DNA from: Bugula neritina
Lineage: Eukaryota; Animalia; Bryozoa
Direction: 5' to 3'
DNA: 64,000 bases
Assembly (NCBI GenBank): GCA_964035545.1
Contig: OZ037768.1
Span: 1,954,741-2,018,740 of the forward strand
Shown: piece after piece, positions 38,123 to 50,408 of the stretch
Layout: each line of letters opens with the position of its first letter
Numbering within the stretch: position 1 is the first letter of the stretch
Translations under genes and position numbers: made by a program
Notes under the pieces: generated by a model
Seen by the model: the letters and a program-made list of their open reading frames with translations, nothing else
What the model was told of the DNA's origin: nothing
Database searches by the model: none

Positions 38123-40234
38123 ACTCCTGTGGCGCTATTTGACCTGCAACCAGCCATGAGTATATATTACTAGGACTATATGCATGCTAAATGTAAACTT
38201 TCAACAATATAGCTTACAGATGATCTATTTGTGTAACACTGATCCACAAAGTTATACCAATGGGCCACCAAGACAACTTTATTCTCAAATAAGAAATAGA
38301 GTTGTGAAGATACCCAACTAGTTGGTGAGTTAGAAATAAAATGTATAAAAAATTTGTAATCAGCAATTTGGTTTCATTTAAATTTTTAACACAAATGGAG
38401 TGTGTCCAGTCACATATTATCAAGATGATGAGGTTGTAAATCTTGAAAGTAATTTGGTTTGAGAGCCAATAATCAGCCCGACTGTAAAACTATAAACTAA
38501 CTAGCAATGTTGTGATATGCCAAATTGAGTCTTGAGATCATTATATCTTGTAGGTACAGCTTCAATTCAACTCCAAATAATATAAATATACATGTACAAC
38601 TATATTAACAGTATGCAACTCTGTTACTAGCAAGGTTTTGGATTAAAAGTTAATCAACTACACTTATTGCAGCTGCTACCATTAAATTAACTCTGGCTCT
38701 GCTCAAGCTCTGGAGCTAAACAATAATATTTATTATTCTACGCCAACAGTCAATGAACAGGTAAGCTTATACTTATAATATTTATATTTATAATTATATA
38801 CTACATAGCTTGTAATATTTATTAAGTTATATACATATTGATATAGCCATGTTAGCTATGTTAGTGATTGCAGACTATAATGAACACATGCAGTGAAACC
38901 ATTACTCTACAATATCACGAATAATAGTCTAGAAATGTACTAGATTCAACACAAATACCAACATGAATTATGATACTGAAAAGGGTAGTCAATAGTCATA
39001 GACATTAGACATAGCATTAACTTTGATCTTCTAATGTACACGATTACCTTAACAACTTTACAGTTTACGCAGTACTCATTTAAAGTTACAGTTTCCTGCC
39101 ATCTTTTTGTTCAATATATAAATTACTTAGTATTACCAGTATGAGTACAACTATGAATATCATTATGATTATCAATATCATAGTGATAATTATACCCATA
39201 CCGATAGTCACATGGATAGTAATCATAGTGATAGTGTCACTTATACTAATGCTGAAACTCATACTCATAGTGATAGTGAGTGCGACTGATAGTGATACAA
39301 TCACAATGAGCATCACCATCACTATGAGTATGACTATTAGTAATACAGACTCAGAGAGACTATCACTATGAGTATGACAATTACGATGTGGATGACTCTC
39401 ACTCTAAGCTCATTCCTCAGTATCACTATGACTATGAGAATAAATTTAATAATTTGCAATTACTTTGATCGCCAACTTTAATGGCAGATCTTTACCGGTT
39501 ATGAAATATTAATAAAACTCAAGATATTTTTATTGTCAGAACCGTAAGTTGAAGTAAAACCTCTATACTGGTGTAATACTAATAGAGTAGTACTCTTCTA
39601 TAGCAATACTAATAGTAATAGTAATATTATTGCAGTCTGCACCTGCAGAAACACCGGGGTGCAAGGTAAGAAAACACGTAATCTAGCAGATATTTTTTGT
39701 TACAGCGCAACTTATTGGGGCTTTACGCTAATCTCCCAATATTTCGAGCTGTAATAGACAGGTTTTCAACTAGGGTCAAAAACTTATACTAAATAAAATG
39801 AATGGAAAGAATTATCCCACTATTGACATTTTTAATACAACAAGCTGCTCACAAGCTCATTATTAAATATTTATCAAGATGATAATTATAATGCACAGCT
39901 GCTGTGCTGTATTAAACTAACAAAAAACAACCACTCAATTATAAAAACATACTTTTACTAAAAATTTATATTGTAGTGCCAGTGAGTGCACTTGAATAGC
40001 AGGTGAACACAACTCACAAAGTACGCCAACTGCAAAATATCCAAACATAAAAGAAGTAATATAAAAATAAAAAACCTAAAAGCTGAGAAATAATTGCAGC
40101 AAGATGAGATTCTACAGATGAAAGCAATAATCATTGAGAAAATTTTTTCAATAAAAAAACAAATATCACGTATTATGCGAAATCTTTGGGTAAAGCATGG
40201 GCATGAAATAGTGGAATGGCAATCAGTGGTAGAT

Positions 40235-41202
40235 TTACAGTCCTTTGTTGTAATACACTACGTCAGGGGGGTTGGGCCGTGCCATAATTTTACTTCTTAG
40301 CTCGGGTTCTAAGCTAGAAACTTTCATAGAGCTCATTTGAGGGAAGAAAGCACAGCCTAAAGGCGTGGCAAATATTAGTGACGCTCCAACCAACAGAACT
40401 TGTATGGGGGCATTCATCTTTGGATATCTGAAACATACATGCAGACAGGTTGACATTCATCTAAACTTGAATAGTTAAAACCATCATTATATTATTTAAT
40501 ATAAAAACCTATAGAAATGGATGGTATTTATAAAACAAAGTGTCTACTGAATTATAATCTCATCTTTCATAAAAGTTTGTATCTTCATTCTAGTTTTACA
40601 ACTCTGAGTTGAGGAGAACAACTAGATATCAATCTGACTAATGAAAGAATGGGGTATAAATAGATGCTGTTACTAGATTAGATTAAAGCGTATGTATAGA
40701 CAATAGGATGTGTTAGCCTGAAACAGTTTTATTGTAAATTTATTTCATTTCAGACTAAGGTCAAGGTCAAGTAACCTGTCTGTCCATATGCTGTGGTCTA
40801 CTAATGAGTAGTATATTTGCCAGAATGAAAAGAAATATGCTTATGAAACACTATTCATAATGACATAACATACGTAGAAGCTACACAAACAGAGGAAAGA
40901 GCGGAGTGTATCATGTCTAGATCTCTGCTACTTACTTGGTGAGAAAAGGTCGTTTCTCTAACTTTGCCATAGCAATTGGAGGTAGAAACATGGCGCACAT
41001 GGCCATAGCTATTCGACTTACAAGCACCTGCAAACAATACAACTTGTAACCAGTCTGCTTTGTACAATCCAAATATGCTTTAGCTACTACTACTACCACC
41101 ACCATCACCACCACTATTGCTGCTACTACTCCAGCTACTTCTGCTATAGTACTGCTGCTACTGCTGCCGCTACTACTACTGCCGCTACTGCTGCCGCTAC
41201 CG

Positions 41203-41257
<55 letters not shown>

Positions 41258-43597
41258 CACCACCACCACCACCACCACCACCACCACCACCACCACCACC
41301 ACCACTACTACTGAATATATACTAAGAACATTTGGATACATGAATAAGATATAAACATCATGAAAGAGTTGTCTCATCAATACCTGACCAATGCCACTGC
41401 GCGCTGCCTTGGCAGACTTTCCTAGCTCTTCTCCGTCAGCATTTAGCACTGGAATACCGTCCTTTATGCCATCAACATTCATGAGGGGCAGGTTTATAGC
41501 ATTAGCGGCAGCAACAGCAGCTAGTGGAACAAACCTTAAGAATAAATTAATGTTGACATAACAGTGAATTCTTCACAATTATACAAACTAAGCTTGTTAT
41601 CATCAAGCCATTGATTGATTGATTGATTGATTTATGACATATCACAGACATGAAAACACGTTGCAAAATTTAGTGTAAATACTGGCTATAATGAGTATTT
41701 ATGAACAAAATTGGGAAAAAAAGCCAGAACTCTGTTGGATTATTCAAAATAAAAGATAATTTAAAGTATTTACAAGGTGTCCTAAAAAGCTATCTCTGCC
41801 CGATGCTCCTCTATATATCTTGATAGTTCGATATCTTCCAGAGGGCATTGACTCAAAAATTTGTTGATAAACTGGTCATCGTCTATTATATATTTGATGG
41901 CAAGTGCTTTAGTTAGTTTGTCATGATACTCAATACCAAGTTCAGAGCAGTCTTTGAAAATCATGTATATAAAGTATAATTCTTTAGACTGCAGTAAGTG
42001 AAGCATATAATTTTACATTTTATTTGAAACAAAAACTAGATTACACAGAGCACAATAAAACAGAAGAGAGGGTTTGAAATTTATATCCATTATAAAGTTC
42101 AGACACATGAAACTTACCGGCCAATCATAGGCGAGAACCTGGGTGCCATGAACTTGTTCAAAGATATGGCTGTTACGACAGCACCTGAGGTGGCAGCGCA
42201 GTAAGAGACAGCTAGCTTCTGTGTCTCCCCTTTATCCCCTTCACTGCTGACTCCTCCAGCCTTTTGAGTGTAATTTACTAAACAGTAGCAACACATGAAA
42301 ACATTTGCTATACCACAAGATCAGCAACGCAAAATACTTTCTAGCAATACAAGTTATGTAATTGAAGAGATCATGGGGAGATAAATCTAAAACATCCCAT
42401 AGGCATGCTGACTTTTACCTGCTGCATTGAAAGACTGGTTGATCCACTGCCAGAAGACGACAGCGGGAGTTGTCTTATAGAAAGTCAGCATACATCCTGT
42501 GATCACCATGTTGCACGGTACCTAATTAACAAAAATATCAATTGAAGTAAACATAATAAAACTGAGCTAGTTGAAATATTCAAAACTGAAAGCCATCCTG
42601 CAAATTTCTTTCAGTTGTTGTTTCCCCCAACTTATTATAAAACTAGTCCACAGTCAATATCCTTCTTGCTTAAAACACACGATTGGCAAAGTAATTTTTT
42701 ACTAACTTTTCAGTAAAAACTATAAATATTTAGTTGAAAGCTTGAGCAATGGAGATTATCAAATCAAATAAAAGAAAAGAGATTTGATTACAATACACTA
42801 AATACCTGTCCCAGTTCTACTAACCATTGCAGACATTCTGCCAAAGAAAAACATTTTTTTAGACTCAGTCCCATTGTCATGGTAAGCAGAGTCATACAAC
42901 TGTTTGGCCCTCCAGAGCTGGTCAGGTGTAAGACCAGGCAGCTCAGCCCCATTACTACAAACAGACACAAACTTTGTGTTCTGAGTTGACAGCAATTCAT
43001 AGCATATATTAGAGAAGATATAGACAATAAGTCAAGTTCTACTAAAAGCGGTTATATTAATGACGTGTCAATCTTGACTCGCAATCGTCTTCTAATTTTC
43101 AACTTTTATAACAGTTTCAGCCACACTCGCAGCATTGCTAAGTTAGTAAGTAATATTTATTTAGTAAAGCTGATAGTTTTTACTTTATTAATCATAGACC
43201 CAAGATTTGTTCTTTTTTCAATATTCTAACAGCAAGAATGTTGATTCAATTGCTTAGAAAACAAATTGTGAATTTAGAAAAATATCAAATGCAAGTTATA
43301 TTTAATGTCTAAAAATTACTATCAATATAATAATTTGACAATAGATGTTGCTTAGAATTCCCAAAACCTATACACAAGTCTACATAACAATACCACAACA
43401 AATTGTTTTTGATTTATTCAAATATACACATACCGATAACTGTTAACAATCTGCTTTGAATCTTCAAGTTGCTTTGAGCTTGCTAAAAGGTTGAGAGGAT
43501 TAGTAAGAATAGAGAAATGTTGAGCTCTTCCCCAATAAGTGCCTTGGTCATATCTTGGTTTACTAATATCTATTTTCAACCTTTCATATGCAGACAT
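40235..43597 (-). CDS. Sideroflexin SFXN1/3-like, divergent tandem copy B (330 aa, 7 exons)
   Basis: Exons 43597-43434, 42954-42825, 42521-42419, 42277-42118, 41534-41384, 41027-40936, 40427-40235; same intron positions and phases as copy A; 993 nt open; ends YYNKGL. Confidence 0.93.
41084..41311. repeat. Compound trinucleotide microsatellite (CTA/CCA/CTG)n in SFXN-B intron 5
   Basis: Directly visible; gives the poly-Val ORF 41144..41482. Confidence 0.95.
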
Positions 43598-46556
43598 ATT
43601 GCACACACTATGTAAAAAACATGTTGAAAGATACAAAAGTGTAGTGTAACAAGTCATACTATAAGAACATGCGAGTTTGACTGTTCATTATCAGAAAAAT
43701 AATGAATAAATTAGAATAAAATCAATCACTTGTTAAAACGCCCACAAGCTGTTTTTGTAGTTTAGTGGTTATTATTTTGGCTAGAGGTTACTTAATAAAT
43801 GTAAAGTTTTGTTTCATATTTTTTCAATAAAGCAGACATTTGAAAATATGCACAGTCTACATGGGACATTCTGATATTTGCATATTGCAGTATCATAAAA
43901 ATATCAACTTCACAATTAAAGCAATATTTATTTGTTTCTGTTGTGGCATAGAAATTTATAAATTCAAACATGAGTAAATTAATACTCAGGAAAAACAAAC
44001 ATAGTATTTATTAGGCTTTTTTCTATCAAAATTGTTTGCATTCTACTTGCTTGGAAATCAAAGTATGCAGTAAGCGCTCTGTAAAAAATATTAATGTGTA
44101 TTTTATAAAACAGTAAAATAAGTAACTAATTAATAGTTACACTTATAGTCATAGTAATAAAGTTTATATGGGTATAAGTATAACTGCAAATGCAGTCATT
44201 CTCACGCTGATTTTCACTGATAGCGTCATACGTGTTATGATTCACATTATGAGCATCATTTTGATTGTTTTAATGTTATTATTGACATTATGGTGATAAT
44301 TATCATTATCATTATGATCATGATGCTGATGAGTGATAAAAGGAGTTTGATCATTACATTACGAAGATTATTTATTTTATTTTATTGAATATAATTTGAA
44401 TTTAGTATACAAAATGAAAATAACATTAATAATTGTATTGATTTACTAATAGTAATTACTAGGAATAAAATTAGAATATAAAATTATATATATTTTAATT
44501 TATAATAATTTCAATTACAATTTGAATTACAATTAAATTTTTAACTTGAATTTAAATTAAAAAACATAAAACAAGCTTTTCATTTTTAGTTAACTCATGA
44601 AATAATGGATCATTAATAAAACTCGATATAAGCATCACCATGAAAAAAAAGATCTTAATTTTTTTTCAATACATTTCAATACATAATTTCTGTGATAGTA
44701 TAATTATTATCATCAGTTTCAGTTTGACAACAGTAATTTTCCCTGAAAAGGTTTTGCATGGGGATTGTTAAAAGCAGCACAACTTTAGGGGGGTCATTGA
44801 GTGCATTATTTGTCTAGACTTTAGATCTATATAGTTGTCCAGAACCTCAAACCACATCTCTAAACTCGAAGCCGATACCGCCCCAAACCACTACACTTAG
44901 TGACCATCAACTTTGTGCTGCTTCAAACAGCTTCTGTACTAGCGAAGACATTTTTATAACCCAAGTTCTTTAGCTTTCTTTAAAAGAAAAATCATAGTTT
45001 TAGTTTGGTGCGTGATAACAGATTATTTTTTTGCAAATGGTTTGCTACATTTCTACAGAGTGGTATTAAAATATATACCACACTGCATTTCTAATATGTA
45101 ACAAAGTCTTCTTCCGTTACTGCACCTCGCCAATCCTAGACGTGCGTGTCTTTTGCTTAGCCTTTGCACCTTAGGTTTATGATCTTGATAATGTAATGTG
45201 ATAATACGATAATGTGTTCAAAGTTTCGGGTGTTTGATTAGTGGTTAACTCGGCACGCCTTGCACGAATTTTTTAATGCAGTCCCAGGGCATTTACTTTA
45301 CTTATTTTAATTTTTAGTGTTGGGAAAGTTGGTCATATATAACAGATGTGAAAATTATGATTAGTTGTTTTAGTTATTGTTTAAAGTATAGTAAATGCTT
45401 GCTTCTTTGAGTTTGTTAATTAATAATTATTCATGACGATGACCTATACGTTAAGTTTATGGTATTGCTATTAGTATTACTATTAGTATTAGTATTAGTA
45501 TTACTATTAGTATTAGTATTAATTATACTTATAGTTATACTATACAGTATAACTTATAGTTATACAGTGTGAGTATAACTTATAGTTATACAATTATTAT
45601 CAATGAGCTATAGAATTAAGCTATGGTTACACTTATAGTTATACTTATAAGCTTTAACTTAACTTTAGCTTATAGTTTCTATTTCATTTTCAATTTAAGC
45701 TGTAGCTGTTGTAATACTAATAGTATTACTAGTCTCTCTCTTGCAGTCAGTCGATACGAGTATGAGTGTGACTGTTAGTGTTTCATCGATTTGGCTTGAA
45801 TTTGGTTGCAGCTCTCCACACAACACTAATTACTAGTAGTGATACAATCAACAATAACACAATCTATTTGACTCTGTGACCAAACTTACTATCATTTTGA
45901 TTTTATTTTTAGGTTTACTTATTTCTAAGGCTAGAAATACTGTTACTGTTAGAGTATCAATACCCCATTGGCCATGACCTATATTATCATTGAATTTAAT
46001 ATTGCCTATAGCCCATAATTTTGTAACTTAATCTTGTAACTATAATTAGTGAAACTAAACTAAACTTTCATTTGTTGTACTTATTCTTTATTTGGGCATT
46101 GTTAATTAGATTATGAACTTGGTTTGTAAAACCAAGTCAGTATAAGTGTTGACATTGTTTTTTATTATTAATAATCAACTACATATTCACATTTTATTGT
46201 AATTAAAGCACTTTAATTGACTTTATTAGAAAAGAATACCATATTATTAACCTTTAAAACTAGCTTCGGACATTATAGCCACCCACTTGGTAAGGAGAGT
46301 ATTGTGGAGTAGCAGTTGAACATAAAACTAAAAGTGATAATTAAGGCAATGAAATGTACTTATATTTACCATAGCTTTGAGAAACAAAGGTTTATGTTTT
46401 GATTATTTATTGAGGCTTATTATCATAGATGGTAATCTGTTTCGTAAAGTTTGTATTACATGAATTATGTGCAGAGACTGTTACTCACCAGACCAGTTTG
46501 TTACACACATTAGAATTACAGATAATATGCATGTTTTAGAGTGAGATATATTTGTC

Positions 46557-49500
46557 ATGGCTGCAAAGGCAAGAGCAGTAAATCTTTTACGAGCAGCATC
46601 AGGTGCTTCATGCCGTTGTCCAGCTCATAGCGGAGGACTACATTACCCTGTTACTTCTACACCTGTTCGCTATGCTGCCGATACCAACAACACAGATTAC
46701 GCCTTTGAAATGGCTTGTTCCAACATACGGTTTGGGGAAGGGGTGACTCAGGTATAGCAGACAGCCACTATTTAGACATAAATAATGGAGCTAACCTTTT
46801 CTTTACTTTGCATAGTTGATTTTTGTTGTCATGAGTTGTTAATGCTAAAGCATTACTTTTTTTGCAACAGGAGCAGCCTAATAGCCTGCGTCTCTTCTGA
46901 TTTTCTCCCCCCCCCCACATAATTTAATGAATTTTTAGGAGGTTGGCCAAGACTTTGCTAATATGAATGCTAAAAAAGTTGGATTGGTAACAGATAAGAA
47001 TATCAGTAAGCTTCCTGTAATTCAGACAGTTTTAGACTCTCTCGCCAAGAATAACGTAAAGTTTGACTTATTTGATGATGTCACTATTGAACCTACGGAT
47101 GTCAGCTTTAAGAAAGCTATAAACTGGGCTAAGAAAGGGGGGTACGACTCCTATTTAGCAGTGGGTGAGTTGTAAATGTTATTAAAACTTTGTCTGGACT
47201 ACTACATCTCAAACTGTGACAGTTTATGTGATACATATACAATTATGATGATGAATATAAATGTTTAAGCTACTTTAAAATGTTGTGATCAGTGGTATGA
47301 ATGCTATAAACACTTCCAACACAAAATATGTTTTGTGTTTCCACGTGAGCTAGATTTTCACTGAAAATATAAATTTATTATCAAACTTCTTTTAGTTAGT
47401 GTCTCATCAATATTGTAGGTGGGGGCTCAGTGATGGACACCTGCAAAGTTGCCAATCTCTACGCTAGTGATCCTGAGGCTGATTTCATGGACTATGTTAA
47501 TGCTCCTATAGGAAAAGGTTTGCCAGTGACAGTTACTGTTAAGCCGCTAATAGCAGTTCCCACTACGGCTGGCACTGGCAGTGAAACAACTGGTGTGGCC
47601 GTTTTTGATCTTAAAGATTTAAAGGCTAAAACAGGTAATCAAGGGCATCACTCTGCCATGTAGAAACTTGCTTAAAAGGAATACATTTTTACTTACGTTA
47701 TGTGAGATCTAATTGGGCAAAAAGATTAATAATTGTCAAATGTTTTATGCTTTAATTTAGACCAGATTCTTTAATATTTGGTATATTGTCAGGGATTGGA
47801 AGCAGGGCAATACGCCCCTTACTTGGAATAGTTGATCCATTGAATGTTATGACCATGCCAAACCGTGTTGCTGCCTACAGTGCATTTGATGTGTTTTGTC
47901 ATGCTCTGGAATCCTATACAGCATTGCCGTATAACCAACGATCTCCTAGACCCACTAACCCCAACAACAGGCCCGCATATCAGGTATGACAAGTGCCAAC
48001 ACATGCCCTTAATGCTGGTACACTCGACTGTTTCATGTCTTTTTATGAATGAAAATTACTATTGATGTTAGAGCTAAAATGGTAACACTCACAGGTATAG
48101 CCAAAAGATAGTTCCATATTTTCTTAAAATACATTAGTGGCTGTGGAGCTTAGTAACTCACCTTTCATTACATGATATGCTTCTGGAAAAGTCTCTCAGT
48201 CTCGGCAAATGTTGGAGCTGATTTTTAAATTTTTTCATAAGTTTTTTGTCATAAATTTGACGAATTTTTTCAACTGAATCTTTCCCGGTGCGTCGTTTTC
48301 ATTCAGGTGGGCAAACTGTTCATTTTACCGTCCTGATAGTCCTTCATGTAAAGAAGAATGTTTTATCTCATTAATGTCACTTGCAGGGAAGTAACCCAAT
48401 CAGTGATGTGTGGGCAAGACAAGCTCTCAGGATGTGTGGCAGTTATATGATTGATTCTATAAATAGTACCAACAACTTTGAAGCTAGAAAACAAATGTGT
48501 GCAGCTAGTGCCTTTGCAGGTATACCTGTGTAATATTTCACCTTTCATGTGTCACCTGAGCTTTTTATCTCATCCTTCTCTTCTGACACTTGGAAATTTC
48601 TAAATTTGAAGATATCAAAATATAGTAGCAATTGTGTACTCATTAGTATGTAACATTTTCATAAAATTTTAGTGGCTGCATAAGAAATTTCCTCAAGTGG
48701 CGGGATTTGAACATGTCTTCTACTGCCATCCGCTATATTCCGGAGTGCTATCTGATACACAAATTCTTTGTATCAGGCACCAAATGTATCTAACATTTAT
48801 TTAGCATACCAGCACATGGAGTTTAAATTATTCTACAGTTTGTTTGAAAAATTGTTTGCATAGATTTAAAGTTATGCAAAAAACTTGATTGTGCTCATGG
48901 CTAGAACTGGGCTTATTGTAGAAGGCAGCACTAAAATGTATCTCCTTTACATCCATTAGCTACAATTAAACATTCAAACAGCAGTGAATAGCTAGTAATG
49001 GTTGAACATTGATTGTCACCAACAGGTATTGGATTTGGCAACGCTGGTGTTCACCTGTGCCACGGCCTATCCTATGGAATCAGCGGTAACGTCCGGTCCT
49101 ATCATGCTGCCGACTATCCAACAGAGAAAGCCTTAGTACCTCACGGACTCAGTGTGGTCATCACTGCTCCCGCTGTCTTCAAATGGACAGCCCCTGCGTG
49201 CCCCGACAGACATCTGGAGGCGGCCCAGATACTTGGAAGAGACACAACCAACGACAAGCTAGCAGACGCAGGTGCAGTATAATGTGGAAGTTAGATTAGA
49301 CATTCTTTAGTATTTACTCTGAAGCTCTTATCACTTTAGTACACTGTGTTGGAGTCACCAATTGGTTCAGCATGTTGTATTTTTCAAAATAATTTCAACA
49401 CTATTGAATAATTTCCTAAACTTTGTCTTCTTATACATCTTTAGATGCACACTTGAGTATGATTTGAGTTGAAGTAAGGTCTTTACTAGTTTTATACTTG

Positions 49501-49970
49501 GCTGCACGTCAAGAGAAGACAAGTCTAAAATCTTCTGTGTGTGTTGCTGAACTGTGAAAGACAATCATATTTCTGCTTTTCCACATAACATCTAGAGTCT
49601 AAACCTTATCATGCAGTAATTCCAATAATCAGTCTTTCATGATGTGTCAAATTATTTCCCTAACAAAATCATAGCCTGTTGATTACAAGTGTATCACTTA
49701 AATCCAGCCCGATAGAATTGTGTAGGCATCATATACTACAATAACACTATGGGGTTGTTCACAGGAGACATCTTGGCTGACGTGATAAGAGATTACTGCT
49801 ACAAACTAAACATAGACGACGGCATACAAGCTCTGGGCTACACCTCTTCAGATATACCAGCTCTAGTTGAAGCCACTCTGCCACAGGAAAGAGTAACTAA
49901 ATTAGCTCCCCGGGAGAAAACCAAAGAAGATTTTGCACAAATACTAGAGAGCTCTCTTAAAATGTACTAG
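46557..49970 (+). CDS. ADHFE1: Hydroxyacid-oxoacid transhydrogenase, mitochondrial (470 aa, 7 exons)
   Basis: Exons 46557-46751, 46939-47164, 47419-47634, 47793-47983, 48387-48519, 49026-49271, 49765-49970; 1413 nt open. Motifs [73 protein letters not shown]. Confidence 0.97.
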
Positions 49971-50408
49971 TTCGGTCTCAGGTTTATAATCTTACTATTT
50001 ACAAATCACAAGTAGTTGCTAGTTACTTTAGTAGCAGTATTAAATCAATTAAGCTATTTTTAGAGTAGAACGTAGTATTTTGATAATTTTTTCTTTATTT
50101 TAACTGGTTATATATTTTATTATGCAACTTGTTTATGCTGTCTATAATAACATATAGCTGACTGTAGTTATGCATTCTTTACTCAGGTTTAATTTTATTG
50201 TGATAAATAATGGTTCTATGCAATTTAATTTATGTCAGGTCAATTTTTTATATAAATTAATTTCTTCTATAGTGTTAATTTTCTTATAAATTACCTTCTA
50301 ATGACTATTGTTCTTTATATTACATTACATAATTTGTATTAGTAAATAAAAGTAAATAGAATAATTACAACAAAAATAATGTAATCTTTAAGCACATGAA
50401 AATTCTAG

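Noticed and set aside
39086-39371. Hydrophobic Ile/Val/Thr-rich ORFs on both strands
   Set aside because: Artefact of the stop-poor hexamer-periodic tract.
41144-41383. Poly-Val/Ala extension of ORF 41144..41482
   Set aside because: Read-through into an intronic microsatellite past the donor at 41383.
48690-48760. tRNA/SINE-like B box (GTTCAAATCC on the minus strand; similar at about 10445-10506 and 14390-14410)
   Set aside because: No cloverleaf and only a weak A box; at most decayed SINE heads, not tRNA genes.
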